This document shows, piece after piece, positions 63,581 to 64,000 of a DNA stretch of 64,000 bases (position 1 is its first letter; each line of letters starts with the position of its first letter). Location of the stretch: NCBI RefSeq assembly GCF_006345805.1, contig NC_043000.1:3968001-4032000 (forward strand), read 5' to 3'. The position numbers were made by a program, and so were the translations under genes. Below the pieces are notes generated by a model, which did no database searches, was not told the DNA's origin, and saw only the letters and a list, made by a program, of their open reading frames with translations. The stretch is from Octopus sinensis (Eukaryota).

Positions 63581-64000
63581 TTAAGTTCACTTGTGCGATA
63601 AAAGTCAAATCTTTTCGTTGTTAATCACACGGCTTTGGAAGAACTTTCTGGAGTCATTACCTTTATTTGACCAACCTCCAGTGTTTTCAAACTGTCTGTT
63701 CAGTCCTGTGAGATGTGTTGGTGGCTGCTGACATCTGAAGAACCAAGACAAACCCTGACATCAGAACTTCTCAACACTGGACAATCCCATGGAGTTTCAT
63801 CTTTTTCGCAACATACCTGTATCAGTAGTTGTACGTTTCAGACACAATGACAGTTTTACTGAAACTTAAAAATTAATGAATGTAGAATACAAATATTAAA
63901 TAATTAATGAAATATTTTGTGTAATATAAAAAATGGCTAGAAGAATGTCAAGCAAATCTAGTAACCAGTGGATCTAGGAAGTGGGGGCTTCATTTCAGTG

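Noticed and set aside
63680-63850. Possible coding exon
   Set aside because: Short open frame with no recognisable protein and ambiguous splice signals on both strands.

Overview
AT-rich, repeat-saturated eukaryotic DNA. The SINE families and the (TA)n/(CA)n/(GAT)n density suggest a coleoid cephalopod, most likely Octopus (inference). No intact host protein-coding gene can be supported, and most ORFs in the track are microsatellite or SINE artefacts. The window holds four short-retroposon families (labelled A-D here, about 50 copies). It also holds a young but disabled ~3.2 kb CR1/L2-group LINE, LINE remnants (RTE/RTEX, R4/Dong, older CR1/L2-type) and a Penelope-like GIY-YIG remnant. DNA elements include non-autonomous Helitrons, TTAA-flanked piggyBac-type MITEs, two GG-terminal MITEs with perfect 8-bp TSDs (Merlin-like), a Tc1 remnant and several foldbacks. 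The most notable unannotated signal is a set of about 9 hammerhead-ribozyme motifs in short Penelope-LTR/retrozyme-like modules embedded in (TA)n tracts. One is textbook-intact at 60035-60110. Others are minimal dimer-type or keep the helices but have non-canonical cores, and they cluster at 20-27.4 kb. A weak candidate host first exon ends at ATG|GTAAGT (34790-34798). All calls were made by eye; coordinates of degenerate repeats are approximate.
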